Shown: positions 48,615 to 57,510, counted from the stretch's first letter. The stretch is DNA of 60,875 nucleotides from Clostridia bacterium (GCA_017629175.1 JAGBXS010000003.1:1-60875); one strand, 5' to 3'. Notes: generated by a model not told the origin, from the sequence alone. A program made the numbers and translations.

Positions 48615-49637
48615 TTACTCGGTGGGCTGGGTGGTTTCCTGCTGCTGTTGCTGCAGGAGGGCGGCCAGATCCAGGATGGACATCACGTTGCCGTTTTCGC
48701 CCACGAAGGTTTCGGGGAGCTTACCGTCCCAAGCCTCCAGCAGGTAGAACTCCAACAGCTCGGGGGTGAGGGATTCGGCCAACAGCTTGTTGATCTCGGC
48801 TTCCTTTTCACCTACGTATTCTGCGGCGTCCGCCTCGATCTTCTTCACCTCGGCCTCGGCCTCGGCGTTGATCTTATCGGTCTCTGCCTTTGCCTGTGCT
48901 TCGATGACCTTACGCTGTGCGGCGGCCTCTGCCTCCATGGTAGCCTGTGCCTGAGCGATCTCCGCCTGCAGCTTGTTCTGTGCGGCAACCTGCTTTGCCT
49001 CAACGGCGGCGGTGAAGGCGTCGGTAAAGTCCATATCCTCCACGGCGGTGGAAAGCACCACGATGTTGTAGGTCTCCAGATCCTTGATCAAAATCTCCAT
49101 GATCTTGTCGGACAGCTCGTTACGGCTCTCGATCAGCTCATCGGCGGTGTACTGAGCAACCACGCTCTTCACAGCCTCCTGAATGCGGGGCACCATAACG
49201 GTTTCGTAGTAGGAGGTACCGATGGAGCGGTAGATCTCCTGTGCGTTGGTCTTTTCGATCTGATAGTTCACGGAGTAGATCATGCTCACTTCCTGGATAT
49301 CGCTGGAGAAGCAGGTCATGGTGAGAGAGCCCTTCTGGTTACGGTTGTCCAGCTTCACTACGTCCTGCCAAGGCATTTTCACGTGAACACCTGCCTCGAA
49401 GGTGTAGTTCTCCACCTTACCGAAGGTGGTGACGATGCCGGTATGACCGGTGGGGACGGAGGTGACGCAGGAAAGACCTACGACGATCAACCCTGCCAAT
49501 GCGATGAACTGTTTGGGGTTCAGCTTCCAAACAGGTCTCTGCTTTACCTTGCCGAACTCGGAATACTTCTCCATAGAGAAGCCGAAGAAAATGAACAGGG
49601 CGACGATTGCCACCAAGCCAAGTGCGAATAATACCAT
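48615..49637 (-). CDS. SPFH/band-7 (prohibitin-like) membrane protein
   Basis: N-terminal TM segment, SPFH-domain pattern (GHTGIVTTFGKV...QEVSMIYSVNYQI...), and an Ala/Glu-rich coiled-coil C-terminus. 340 aa. Confidence 0.8.
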   Translation of the reverse strand: MVLFALGLVAIVALFIFFGFSMEKYSEFGKVKQRPVWKLNPKQFIALAGLIVVGLSCVTSVPTGHTGIVTTFGKVENYTFEAGVHVKMPWQDVVKLDNRNQKGSLTMTCFSSDIQEVSMIYSVNYQIEKTNAQEIYRSIGTSYYETVMVPRIQEAVKSVVAQYTADELIESRNELSDKIMEILIKDLETYNIVVLSTAVEDMDFTDAFTAAVEAKQVAAQNKLQAEIAQAQATMEAEAAAQRKVIEAQAKAETDKINAEAEAEVKKIEADAAEYVGEKEAEINKLLAESLTPELLEFYLLEAWDGKLPETFVGENGNVMSILDLAALLQQQQQETTQPTE

Positions 49638-49710
49638 TTTTAGTTTCCTTTCGAAATGTATGTGTTATTGTTTTTTCGTTGAAAAATGAGGGGGTGTGCT
49701 GACGAGACAG

Positions 49711-49902
49711 CGCCGACTTGGTCGCGCACAGCAGTTCCAAAAACGGCCATAGCCGTTTTTGACGTCGGCGGTACGCGGTTAAGGGTGGTATACAGCTATA
49801 CGCCGACTTGTTCACTGCACAGCAGTTCCAAAAACGGCCATAGCCGTTTTTGAAGTCGGCGGTATGCGGTTAAGGGTGGTATACAGTTATACGCCTACTT
49901 GT
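49711..49902. repeat. tandem array (2.1 copies) of a 90-bp unit with the CCAAAAACGGCcataGCCGTTTTTG hairpin and GTCGGCGG core
   Basis: Unit starts (CGCCGACTTG) are at 49711 and 49801, with a degenerate one at 49892. The core is shared with the 10466-10825 array and with 18139-18170. Confidence 0.9.
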
Positions 49903-49931
49903 GTACTCACTCCTGCCAACCTTCCCGTGGC
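49903..49931. repeat. 29-bp direct repeat, distal copy (ghost of the flavoprotein gene 3' end)
   Basis: GTACTCACTCCTGCCAACCTTCCCGTGGC against 50872-50900 GTACTCACTCCTGCCAGTCTTCCCGTGGC: 27 of 29 identical, and both differences are synonymous in the gene frame. Confidence 0.9.
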
Positions 49932-49969
49932 TTAAGTATCCGTTTCAAGATAACGGTGCCATAGGAAGC

Positions 49970-50836
49970 TTAGCTTCTGTGGAAGCCTTCAAAGATATAT
50001 TTTACGATATCCAGCGTTTCCTTGGAAACGTGGTTTTCTATGTATGCGATATCTTCCTGTGTCGGTGTTTCCACGGTTGCTTTGCAGTTTTCTTTTGTTT
50101 CTAAAATTTTATGGATTTCAAGCACTTTTTGATTATAATATCCGGTGGTATTCAGTTCCAGCCAACGACCGTTGGATTGCTTGATTTCGTAATTTAAGGA
50201 AGAAGCATTTCCCTGCCTGTCACGATGAATGGAGATCCTGACTTCTTCAATATCCTCGTAAGCCGTATACGTTTCGGTGATCTCAAAAAAACCGGAAGCT
50301 GTAACACCATGGTGATCGTAGAAAATGTAGTGGTTTGCAGAGAGAGCGTAAAGAGGGAACGTGATCGCAAAGAAAATTAACAATGTAATATAGCTCTTTT
50401 TCCAGATGCTGTATCTGCTGCCGTTGAAAGCATCCTTTACAGCTACTGCAAAGAACGTTGTTTTGATATGAAGCGGCAGGATCACCATTCCCAAATCAAT
50501 ATTGAGAAAAAACATTGCAATCACGCCCAACAATCTGGGGCCGGGAGTAATCATCGTACTGTTTCCTGCAATCAGTTTGAAAATGCCGTAGAGAACAGCC
50601 GCCGAAAGAACGGTGAGCAAAAGACAAACGGCAAACGATACAAATGAATACTGATGGGAAAGCGATTTGAAAAACCAGCAATGTTTCTTCTTGCGTTCTT
50701 CTTGGTATGCTTTATTTTCCAGCGCCGTTTCCTGATATTTATGGGGATTTTTCAGAATATCCCTGAGTTTTAAGGAAATTGCCGTCAAGGAAAACAGATA
50801 TACCGCTATTAGGATTGCAAAAATAAATACATTCAT
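49970..50836 (-). CDS. hypothetical membrane protein (low-GC cassette)
   Basis: 288 aa with about 5 N-terminal TM segments and a soluble C-terminal ~110 aa. Spot counts give about 30-37% GC. No motif recognised. Confidence 0.6.
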   Translation of the reverse strand: MNVFIFAILIAVYLFSLTAISLKLRDILKNPHKYQETALENKAYQEERKKKHCWFFKSLSHQYSFVSFAVCLLLTVLSAAVLYGIFKLIAGNSTMITPGPRLLGVIAMFFLNIDLGMVILPLHIKTTFFAVAVKDAFNGSRYSIWKKSYITLLIFFAITFPLYALSANHYIFYDHHGVTASGFFEITETYTAYEDIEEVRISIHRDRQGNASSLNYEIKQSNGRWLELNTTGYYNQKVLEIHKILETKENCKATVETPTQEDIAYIENHVSKETLDIVKYIFEGFHRS

Positions 50837-50861
50837 CCTTTTCTCCTATTGAATCGCTTCC

Positions 50862-52088
50862 TTACCCTACCGTACTCACTCCTGCCAGTCTTCCCGTGGC
50901 GTAGGCGATCTGCAGGTTATACCCGCCGGTGTAGGCGTCCACGTCCAACAGCTCCCCGGCGAAGAACAGCCCGGAGACCAGCTTGGATTCCATGGTACGG
51001 GGATCCACCTCGGTGACCTTCACGCCGCCGCTGGTAACGATGGCCTCCGCAATGGGGCGGGTGCCGGTGATGGGGATGACCAGATCCTTCAAGGCGTCGC
51101 AAAGCTTTTTACGGGTCTCCTTGGAGACGGAATGCACCTTCAGCGTGCCGTCGATGCCGCTTTTTTCCAGAAAAGGCTGGATCATGGAGGAGGGTAACAG
51201 CGCGCCCATGCAGTTGCTCAGATCCTTATTCGGGGAAGCGGCAAACTCACGGAGCAAGCGGTTCTCCAAGGTTTTGTGATCCAAGGCGGGCTTCATGTCC
51301 AGATGCAGCTCCACGGGGTACTTGTGCCCCAAATGTGCCGAGGCGGACAGAATGACCGGCCCCGTCACCCCGAAGTGGGTGAGCATCATTTCTCCCTGCT
51401 CCTTGTAGAGGGCTTTGCCGTCCTTCACGAAGGAGATGCCCACGTTTTTCAGAGAAAGACCCATGCACTTCTTGCAGAAGGGGTCGGAGGAGACCAAGGG
51501 AACCAGGGAGGGCTTGGCAGGGATCAGGGTGTGACCCGCTTTTTCCGCAAAGCGGTAGCCGTCTCCGGTGGAACCGGTGAGGGGGTAGGATGCCCCGCCG
51601 GTGGCTAAGATCACACGGTCAAAGGTCATTTTTTTGCCTTGCTCCAGCAAAACGCCCTTCACCGCGCCTTCTTCCAAAAGCAGATCCTTCACGCAGCCCT
51701 TCTGGATGCGTACCCCGGCTTCCTTTGCCGTCTTCACCAGGCAATCTGTGACGTCCCGCGCCTTGTCGCTGACCGGGAAGACACGTCTGCCCCGCTCCGT
51801 CTTGGTGGGGACACCGTGGGACTCAAAGAAGGCCACCGCATCCTCCGGCAGAAACTCCGAAAGGGCGCGGTAGAGAAACCGCGGGTTCACAGGGACGTTT
51901 TGGAGAAAGGTCTCCAAGTCGCAAAGGTTGGTGATGTTGCATCTCCCCTTGCCGGTGATGTTCAGTTTTTTACCGCAGAAGGGGTTTTGCTCAAACAAAG
52001 TGACTTCCCCGCCGTATTCTGCCCCGAAGATGGCCGCGAACAGGCCCGCAGGCCCTCCGCCCACCACGGCGATGCGAATAGGTTCCAT
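50862..52088 (-). CDS. NAD(P)/FAD-dependent oxidoreductase, HI0933/BaiN-like flavoprotein
   Basis: VVGGGPAGLFAA dinucleotide motif and C-terminal GLFFAGELLDVDAYTGGYNLQIAYATG. Start at ATG 52088 with an AAGGAAGGAG RBS. Confidence 0.85.
   Translation of the reverse strand: MEPIRIAVVGGGPAGLFAAIFGAEYGGEVTLFEQNPFCGKKLNITGKGRCNITNLCDLETFLQNVPVNPRFLYRALSEFLPEDAVAFFESHGVPTKTERGRRVFPVSDKARDVTDCLVKTAKEAGVRIQKGCVKDLLLEEGAVKGVLLEQGKKMTFDRVILATGGASYPLTGSTGDGYRFAEKAGHTLIPAKPSLVPLVSSDPFCKKCMGLSLKNVGISFVKDGKALYKEQGEMMLTHFGVTGPVILSASAHLGHKYPVELHLDMKPALDHKTLENRLLREFAASPNKDLSNCMGALLPSSMIQPFLEKSGIDGTLKVHSVSKETRKKLCDALKDLVIPITGTRPIAEAIVTSGGVKVTEVDPRTMESKLVSGLFFAGELLDVDAYTGGYNLQIAYATGRLAGVSTVG
50872..50900. repeat. 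29-bp direct repeat, proximal copy (inside the flavoprotein gene 3' end)
   Basis: See 49903-49931. The two copies are 969 bp apart. Confidence 0.9.
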
Positions 52089-52175
52089 AAATGCTCCTTC
52101 CTTTGCTTTACGGGTATAGTATAGCACATAATCACATGATTGTCAATAGGTTTCCGACGATATTTTTCAAAAAAG

Positions 52176-52571
52176 TTAGGACGTGCGGATGTTGGGGTCT
52201 GCCACGCGGTAGGGAGGGAGCTTCACGGGAGGGATCCCCACCATGGCGGAGAAGAGGGTGATGGTTTGGTTCCAGAGAGGCTGGAGCATCCCTGCCGCTT
52301 CCATGTGGAGACGGCGCTTTTCCCCGTCGTCGTTGTGGTCAAAGCCCTCGCAGGCAAACACTCCCACGTGGTGGAACTTCAAGCGGAACAGCCCCTCGTG
52401 GCCCGCATCCTGCACGGTGACGATGGCGTCCCCTGCAAACTGCTTGGTATCGTTGTTGTACCGCACGGCAAATTTCACCGTGGCTTCCAGCCGCATTTCG
52501 GTGTCTTTTTTGATGTTTTTTTGAAAGGTAAAGTCGTCAATAGACGCCCCGAGAAAATGTAGAGTGCTCAT
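52176..52571 (-). CDS. SecB-like chaperone-fold protein (tentative)
   Basis: 131 aa. By-eye similarity to the SecB pattern: IDDFTFQ..., LFRLKFHHVGVFACEG, and LQPLWNQTITLFSAMVGIPPVKLPP against E. coli [26 protein letters not shown]. Confidence 0.4.
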   Translation of the reverse strand: MSTLHFLGASIDDFTFQKNIKKDTEMRLEATVKFAVRYNNDTKQFAGDAIVTVQDAGHEGLFRLKFHHVGVFACEGFDHNDDGEKRRLHMEAAGMLQPLWNQTITLFSAMVGIPPVKLPPYRVADPNIRTS

Positions 52572-52601
52572 AAAGAACCTCCCGATGGGTGTATTTTCTT
52601 C

Positions 52602-52630
52602 ATTATACTATGAATACGCAGACTTGTCAA
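52602..52630 (-). promoter_or_regulatory. candidate sigma-A promoter of the SecB-like gene
   Basis: On the minus strand: TTGACA (52630-52625), 17 nt spacer, TATAAT (52607-52602). Confidence 0.65.
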
Positions 52631-52685
52631 GGCGTTAAAAAATCAAGCCATATAAAGGTTTTCTTGATTTTTTCGTGAAAAAAAC

Positions 52686-52714
52686 TTGACATTTGGTGAA
52701 ATTCATGCTAAAAT
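52686..52714 (+). promoter_or_regulatory. candidate sigma-A promoter of the CarD-like gene
   Basis: TTGACA, 17 nt spacer, TGcTAAAAT. Confidence 0.6.
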
Positions 52715-52794
52715 ACGAGTGTGAAGTTTTATCGGATACTATGTGAACAAAAAGTGTCCGATCGGTTCCGTGTGCATGAGAAGGTGAGGCAGCA

Positions 52795-53283
52795 ATGTTT
52801 CGGCAGGGGCAACAGATCATATACGGCGGTAACGGCGTTTGCCGCATTGAGGAGATCGTCCTGCGGGAGAGTGCGCTTTCGGAAGAGTCTGTTCCCATGT
52901 ACGTGATACGGTTGGATTCCGGCTTGACCTCCTTTGTTCCCGTTTCCAGTACCGTGTTTATGCGGGAGCTGATCTCCCGTGAGGAGGCGGAGGCTGTGAT
53001 CGCGGAGTATCCTTCCATTGAGGTCAAGTGCTTTGGCAGTACCAACTCCAAGGCCATGGCGGATCGGTACCGCAGTATTTTGGCGGGGCATGATCCCCGT
53101 GAGATGCTTTGCCTCTACAAATCCCTGCAGGAGAAGATGGAGAAGGCCCGCGCCTGCGGCAAGAGACCCGGCTCTATGGACGAGCGGTTCTCCTTGGCCG
53201 TGCTGGAGGAGGTCTCCAAGGAGTTCTCTGCCGTTTTGGGATGCACCCCCGCCGAGATTTTGGCTCGGCTGGGCATTGATTGA
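52795..53283 (+). CDS. CarD/CdnL-family RNA-polymerase-binding protein
   Basis: N-terminal Tudor-like pattern FRQGQQIIYGGNGVCRIEEI...MYVIRL. 162 aa. Confidence 0.6.
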   Translation: MFRQGQQIIYGGNGVCRIEEIVLRESALSEESVPMYVIRLDSGLTSFVPVSSTVFMRELISREEAEAVIAEYPSIEVKCFGSTNSKAMADRYRSILAGHDPREMLCLYKSLQEKMEKARACGKRPGSMDERFSLAVLEEVSKEFSAVLGCTPAEILARLGID

Positions 53284-53316
53284 CTACCTCTTTTTTTCAT
53301 TTCATTTCCCCTTTTT

Positions 53317-53372
53317 AGATCAAGTCTGTTTCGGTTTCTCCCCCTTTTCCGAGACGGACTTGATCTTTTTTT
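53317..53372 (+). terminator. rho-independent terminator of the CarD-like gene
   Basis: Long imperfect stem AGATCAAGTCTGTTTCGG...CCGAGACGGACTTGATCT followed by TTTTTT. Confidence 0.7.
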
Positions 53373-53373
53373 G

Positions 53374-53402
53374 TTGCATTTTGAGGAAATTCGTGATATA
53401 CT
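53374..53402 (+). promoter_or_regulatory. candidate sigma-A promoter of the UPF0597 gene
   Basis: TTGCAT, 17 nt spacer, TGaTATACT. Confidence 0.55.
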
Positions 53403-53432
53403 GAAGAAAACATACAGACATGGGGGTTCCCT

Positions 53433-54704
53433 ATGGAGCATCTCACCGAAAATCAAAAATATATCGCCATTCTGAAGGAGGAGCTGGTGCCTGCCATGGG
53501 CTGCACCGAGCCCATCTCCTTGGCTTACGCCGCCGCGGTGGCGCGGTACACCCTGGGGTGTCTGCCCGAGACGGCAGTTGTCACCGTCAGCGGGAACATT
53601 ATTAAGAACGTTAAAAGCGTCATCGTGCCCCACACCGGGGGGCTGAGAGGCATCGCCGCCGCCGTTGCCGCAGGGTTTGTGGCGGGGGACGAGACCCGGC
53701 ATCTGGAGGTGCTTTCCCGTGTTCCCGACGAGAAGGTGGCGGAGATCGCGGCCTACTTAAAGAAGGGCACCGTCTCCGTGGAGCAATCTACCTCCGGCAG
53801 GCTTTTTGAGATCGTCATCACCGCTGGGGGCGCAGGACACACCGTCCGTGTGGAGATCACCGACGGACACACCAAGGTCTCCCGCATTGAGATGGACGGG
53901 GAGGAGTTGTTTGCCCAGGAGCAGGCCTTTGCCGAGGCGGATCAGACGGACCGTTCCTTTATGACCGTGGAGGGCATCGTGAGGTTTGCCGACGAGACGG
54001 AGCTGGAGGAGATCATTCCCGTGCTTTCCCGCCAGATCGCCTGCAACACCGCCATTGCCATGGAGGGACTCACCGGGAACTACGGTGCCGCCGTGGGGAA
54101 GGTTCTGCTGGACACCTACGGGGACAACGTGCATACCCGTGCCAAGGCTTGGGCCGCCGCGGGCTCCGACGCCAGAATGAGCGGCTGTGAGCTGCCCGTG
54201 GTGATCAATTCCGGCAGCGGCAACCAGGGGCTTACCGCTTCCCTGCCGGTTATCGTGTACGCAAAGGAACTGAAGGTCTCCCAGGAGAAGCTTTACAGAG
54301 CGCTTTTGGTCTCCAACTTAGTGACCATCCATCTGAAGACGGGCATCGGCTGTCTTTCCGCCTACTGCGGGGCAATTTCCGCGGGATGCGGCGCAGGTGC
54401 GGGGGTCACTTATCTGTACGGCGGGGATTTTAAGGCCATTGCCCACACCGTGGTGAACGCCATTGCCATCAACTCCGGGGTGGTTTGCGACGGGGCAAAG
54501 GCTTCCTGTGCCGCTAAGATCGCTTCCTCCGTGGAGGCGGGGCTGTTGGGAATGTATATGTACCAAAACGGCAGACAGTTCTTCGGCGGGGACGGCATCG
54601 TCACCAAGGGCGTGGAAAGAACCATCGAGAACGTTTCCGCCCTGGCACGGGACGGTATGCGGGAGACGGATAAAGAGATCTTGAAGATCATGCTCAACTG
54701 TTGA
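53433..54704 (+). CDS. UPF0597 / serine-dehydratase-alpha-like protein (L-cysteine desulfidase family)
   Basis: LKEELVPAMGCTEPISLAYAAA N-terminal motif and a Gly/Ala-rich core (CGAISAGCGAGAG). 423 aa. Confidence 0.7.
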   Translation: MEHLTENQKYIAILKEELVPAMGCTEPISLAYAAAVARYTLGCLPETAVVTVSGNIIKNVKSVIVPHTGGLRGIAAAVAAGFVAGDETRHLEVLSRVPDEKVAEIAAYLKKGTVSVEQSTSGRLFEIVITAGGAGHTVRVEITDGHTKVSRIEMDGEELFAQEQAFAEADQTDRSFMTVEGIVRFADETELEEIIPVLSRQIACNTAIAMEGLTGNYGAAVGKVLLDTYGDNVHTRAKAWAAAGSDARMSGCELPVVINSGSGNQGLTASLPVIVYAKELKVSQEKLYRALLVSNLVTIHLKTGIGCLSAYCGAISAGCGAGAGVTYLYGGDFKAIAHTVVNAIAINSGVVCDGAKASCAAKIASSVEAGLLGMYMYQNGRQFFGGDGIVTKGVERTIENVSALARDGMRETDKEILKIMLNC

Positions 54705-54709
54705 TGAGT

Positions 54710-54745
54710 AAGAGGGCCTTTTTGCGCAAAAAGGGCCCTTTTTTG
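54710..54745 (+). terminator. rho-independent terminator
   Basis: AAGAGGGCCTTTTTGCGCAAAAAGGGCCCTTTTTTG. Confidence 0.8.
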
Positions 54746-54831
54746 AGGTTTCTCAGAAAAATTTTTCAAAAAAACTCTGAGGAATTTTCCCGTTTCGATT
54801 GTATAACAAGCAGAAAGGAAGGTATCACACC

Positions 54832-55377
54832 ATGGATAACGGCGCAAGTAGCTACCGCCGCTACCTGGATGGCGAAACAGAAGCCTTTGACGAGATCGTG
54901 ATCACCCTTTACGATCCGTTGGTTTTGTTTCTTTGCCGATACGTGAAGGATCACCACACCGCGGAAGACATCGCCATGGACGTGTTTGCCGACCTTGTGG
55001 TACATAAGCACCGATACAATTTCCGCGTTTCCTTAAAGACGTATTTGTTCATGCTGGGGAAGTCCCGCGCCCTGAACTACTTAAAACGGAGGCGTCGGAT
55101 CGCAGACGTTCCCATAGAGGAGCTTCCCTTGCAGGGGGAAGAGCCCTCCGCGGAGGCGCAGTACGCCATTGATCAGCGGAAAAAAGCCCTCCACGCCGCT
55201 ATGGCAGAGCTGCCCGAGGACATGGCGGAGGCTTTGTATCTGATGTATTTTGAAGATCTTTCCTACGAAGAGATTGCCCGCGTGATGAAGCGCACAAAAA
55301 AACAGGTGGATAACCTGCTGTATCGGGGGAAGCAACGGCTTCGTGCCATCCTGGAAGAAGGAGGAATAGACCCGTGA
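54832..55377 (+). CDS. ECF-type RNA polymerase sigma factor
   Basis: Region 2 (DEIVITLYDPLVLFLCRYV...AEDIAMDVF) and region 4 (LYLMYFEDLSYEEIARVMKRTKKQVDNLLYRGKQRL). Start at ATG 54832. 181 aa. Confidence 0.85.
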   Translation: MDNGASSYRRYLDGETEAFDEIVITLYDPLVLFLCRYVKDHHTAEDIAMDVFADLVVHKHRYNFRVSLKTYLFMLGKSRALNYLKRRRRIADVPIEELPLQGEEPSAEAQYAIDQRKKALHAAMAELPEDMAEALYLMYFEDLSYEEIARVMKRTKKQVDNLLYRGKQRLRAILEEGGIDP

Positions 55378-56075
55378 AGGATTACAAATCCGTCCGCGAC
55401 GAGATCTTTCGCCGCGCGGAAGTGAAAAAACAGAATAGACGGCAAAAAATTGTCCGCGGGGCAACGGTTTGCCTTTTGCTGTGCCTTTGTCTGCCCGTGA
55501 GCCTTTGGGCTTGGCAGACGGGGGCTTCCTTGGAGGAGCCGCCGATCTACGCGCCCGATAATAACGCACCCGGGGCGCCTGTTTTCGGGGAGAATGAGGA
55601 GCAGATCCAAAGTGCCGCTCCCGATGCTTCCGCAGAGCCGGAGGTAGAGGCCTCCGAGGAGCCGCCTATGGAGGAAGAGCCCATCTACTCCGAGGAACCG
55701 TGGGAGGAAGAGCCTGCCCCTGCTCCCGAAGAGCCGGAAGTACCGGAAGGTCCCGGGGAGCCCGCAGAGCCGGAGGAGCCCGCGCCTTCCCTTCCGCAAG
55801 GGGTGACGGTGGAGCTGTATTGGTATGAGAACCCGAACTGGGGTAACGATGAAATTCTTGGCTTCATCGGCTTGAAGATCGACGGAGAGTTTGATTTGGA
55901 GAAAGGGTATATCTTCCTCACCCAAAAAGGGGGCATGCTCATTGAGCAGGCATCGGGGGGGACACCTTTGCTGAAATCTCTTTGCGAGGAGGCGGGAATC
56001 CCTTTCCCCACCCATAGCTTGACGGCGGAAGCGGGAAAACTGCTTTTGGAAGAGCTTTTGGACTATTATTCGTAA
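55374..56075 (+). CDS. putative anti-sigma factor (single-pass membrane protein with Pro/Glu-rich linker)
   Basis: A GTG start overlaps the sigma stop (GTGA), with a GGAGG RBS. It has a short cytoplasmic N-terminus, the TM segment VCLLLCLCLPVSLWAW, and an extracytoplasmic domain. The function is assigned from gene position. Confidence 0.5.
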   Translation: MKDYKSVRDEIFRRAEVKKQNRRQKIVRGATVCLLLCLCLPVSLWAWQTGASLEEPPIYAPDNNAPGAPVFGENEEQIQSAAPDASAEPEVEASEEPPMEEEPIYSEEPWEEEPAPAPEEPEVPEGPGEPAEPEEPAPSLPQGVTVELYWYENPNWGNDEILGFIGLKIDGEFDLEKGYIFLTQKGGMLIEQASGGTPLLKSLCEEAGIPFPTHSLTAEAGKLLLEELLDYYS

Positions 56076-56087
56076 GGAGGAAAAAGC

Positions 56088-57503
56088 ATGAAGAAGTTTT
56101 GGATCCTTTTGCTGTGCGGGATGCTGTTGCTGGCATCTTGTGAGAACGCCATGCCTCGGGCGGAATCCTCCGAGTCGGTTTCCCGGGAGGAAGTGTCTGT
56201 TTCGGTCTCTGAGGAATCCATAGAGGAATCCCTGCCCGACCTCTCGGAGGAATCGGAAGTCCCCGCAGATCCGGAAATTCCTGCGGAGATGCTTTTGGAG
56301 GTTCCTGTTTACGTGGAGGAGGTACAGCCCCTCTATCACGAGGAATATACGGCGGTGCTTGGCAGTGCAGAGGAAGCAAAGGCCTTCTTTGATCGGTACG
56401 CCCCCGAAGGAAACGGTGACGATTATCGGTGGCAGGCTCGGTACGACGAAGATTTTTTTGAAGAGCATTTGCTGGCGGTTGCCTATCTCCCCGTGGGAAG
56501 CGGTACCCCTTGGACAGGGTCGGAATCCCTTTGGCTGAAGGAGGGCGTTCTGGAATGGAACGTGAATTCCTACGTTTATGGGGACGGTCTGGAATGGGAT
56601 CTGGAAGGTTGGGTGATGGCGGCAGAGCTTCCCCGTGATCTGCCCGTAACGGTGAAGACCTCCATTGAGATCCATTACAGGGGCGTGACCTTGTATCAGG
56701 TAAATACCGCCCGGCAAGGAGAGGCGGAGATCCTGTTGCTTACCTCCCGTGAAGAGGCGGAGGCCTTTATGAGTCGCTATCCTTCTGCGGATTGGGAAAA
56801 ATGGGATATTTTGGAGTACTCGGATTTTGAAAAATACAGTATGATTGGCGTTTATATCCCCACGGGGAAAATAGACACGGTGATTTTTGAGAGCATTGTC
56901 CGTACCGGAGAGGTCACGGAGGTGCAATTCGGACGGGGGATCTTGTCCGAGGAACAAGAAGCAGGGGGCAAGGTTTATCTGTGTAAGGTGGAGAAAGAGC
57001 ATCCCGCCTTGTCTCGGGAGCTTCGCCTTGCGGTGCGGGAGAACGGCTACGTGGTGGAAAACTGGTGGACGGTTTTGTATCCCGTGCATCAGTGGGCGGA
57101 TATCTATTCCTTTGATAACATCCCCGCCGACGTGACGGTGCTGACGGATCTTGAGAGTAAGCAGAGCTTTTTTGATACGTACGTGAAGTCCGGTTCCTTT
57201 GATATGCAGGGAAATCCCATTCCCGTGAAGATAGAGGATCGGTACGACGAGGCGTTCTTTGAGGAGAATGTGTTGCTGGCGGTGTATCGGGAGGAAAACA
57301 GTGGCTCCAACGGCTTGAAGCTGAAGGAAGTGCTGATCCGTGGCGGCAATACCGTGGAGGTGATCCTCACCCGCACCGTTCCCGGGCCGGGAGAAGCGGG
57401 CACCGACGATATGCGGGAATGGATGTTCTTCATCGAGCTCCCCGCAGAATACCGCGTGACCGCCGAAACCCCCGTAAAGCTCACGGTGGAGACAATTTCA
57501 TAA
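56088..57503 (+). CDS. lipoprotein with three tandem ~130-aa repeats, function unknown
   Basis: Lipobox LLLASC. Repeats are anchored by AKAFFDRY...YDEDFFEEHLLAVAY, AEAFMSRY...FEKYSMIGVY and KQSFFDTY...YDEAFFEENVLLAVY. Confidence 0.7.
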   Translation: MKKFWILLLCGMLLLASCENAMPRAESSESVSREEVSVSVSEESIEESLPDLSEESEVPADPEIPAEMLLEVPVYVEEVQPLYHEEYTAVLGSAEEAKAFFDRYAPEGNGDDYRWQARYDEDFFEEHLLAVAYLPVGSGTPWTGSESLWLKEGVLEWNVNSYVYGDGLEWDLEGWVMAAELPRDLPVTVKTSIEIHYRGVTLYQVNTARQGEAEILLLTSREEAEAFMSRYPSADWEKWDILEYSDFEKYSMIGVYIPTGKIDTVIFESIVRTGEVTEVQFGRGILSEEQEAGGKVYLCKVEKEHPALSRELRLAVRENGYVVENWWTVLYPVHQWADIYSFDNIPADVTVLTDLESKQSFFDTYVKSGSFDMQGNPIPVKIEDRYDEAFFEENVLLAVYREENSGSNGLKLKEVLIRGGNTVEVILTRTVPGPGEAGTDDMREWMFFIELPAEYRVTAETPVKLTVETIS

Positions 57504-57510
57504 GCAAACG

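Noticed and set aside
55560-55800. Apparent DNA repeats (GAGCC/GGAGGA-rich) in the anti-sigma gene
   Set aside because: They reflect a Pro/Glu/Ala-rich low-complexity linker rather than a discrete repeat element.
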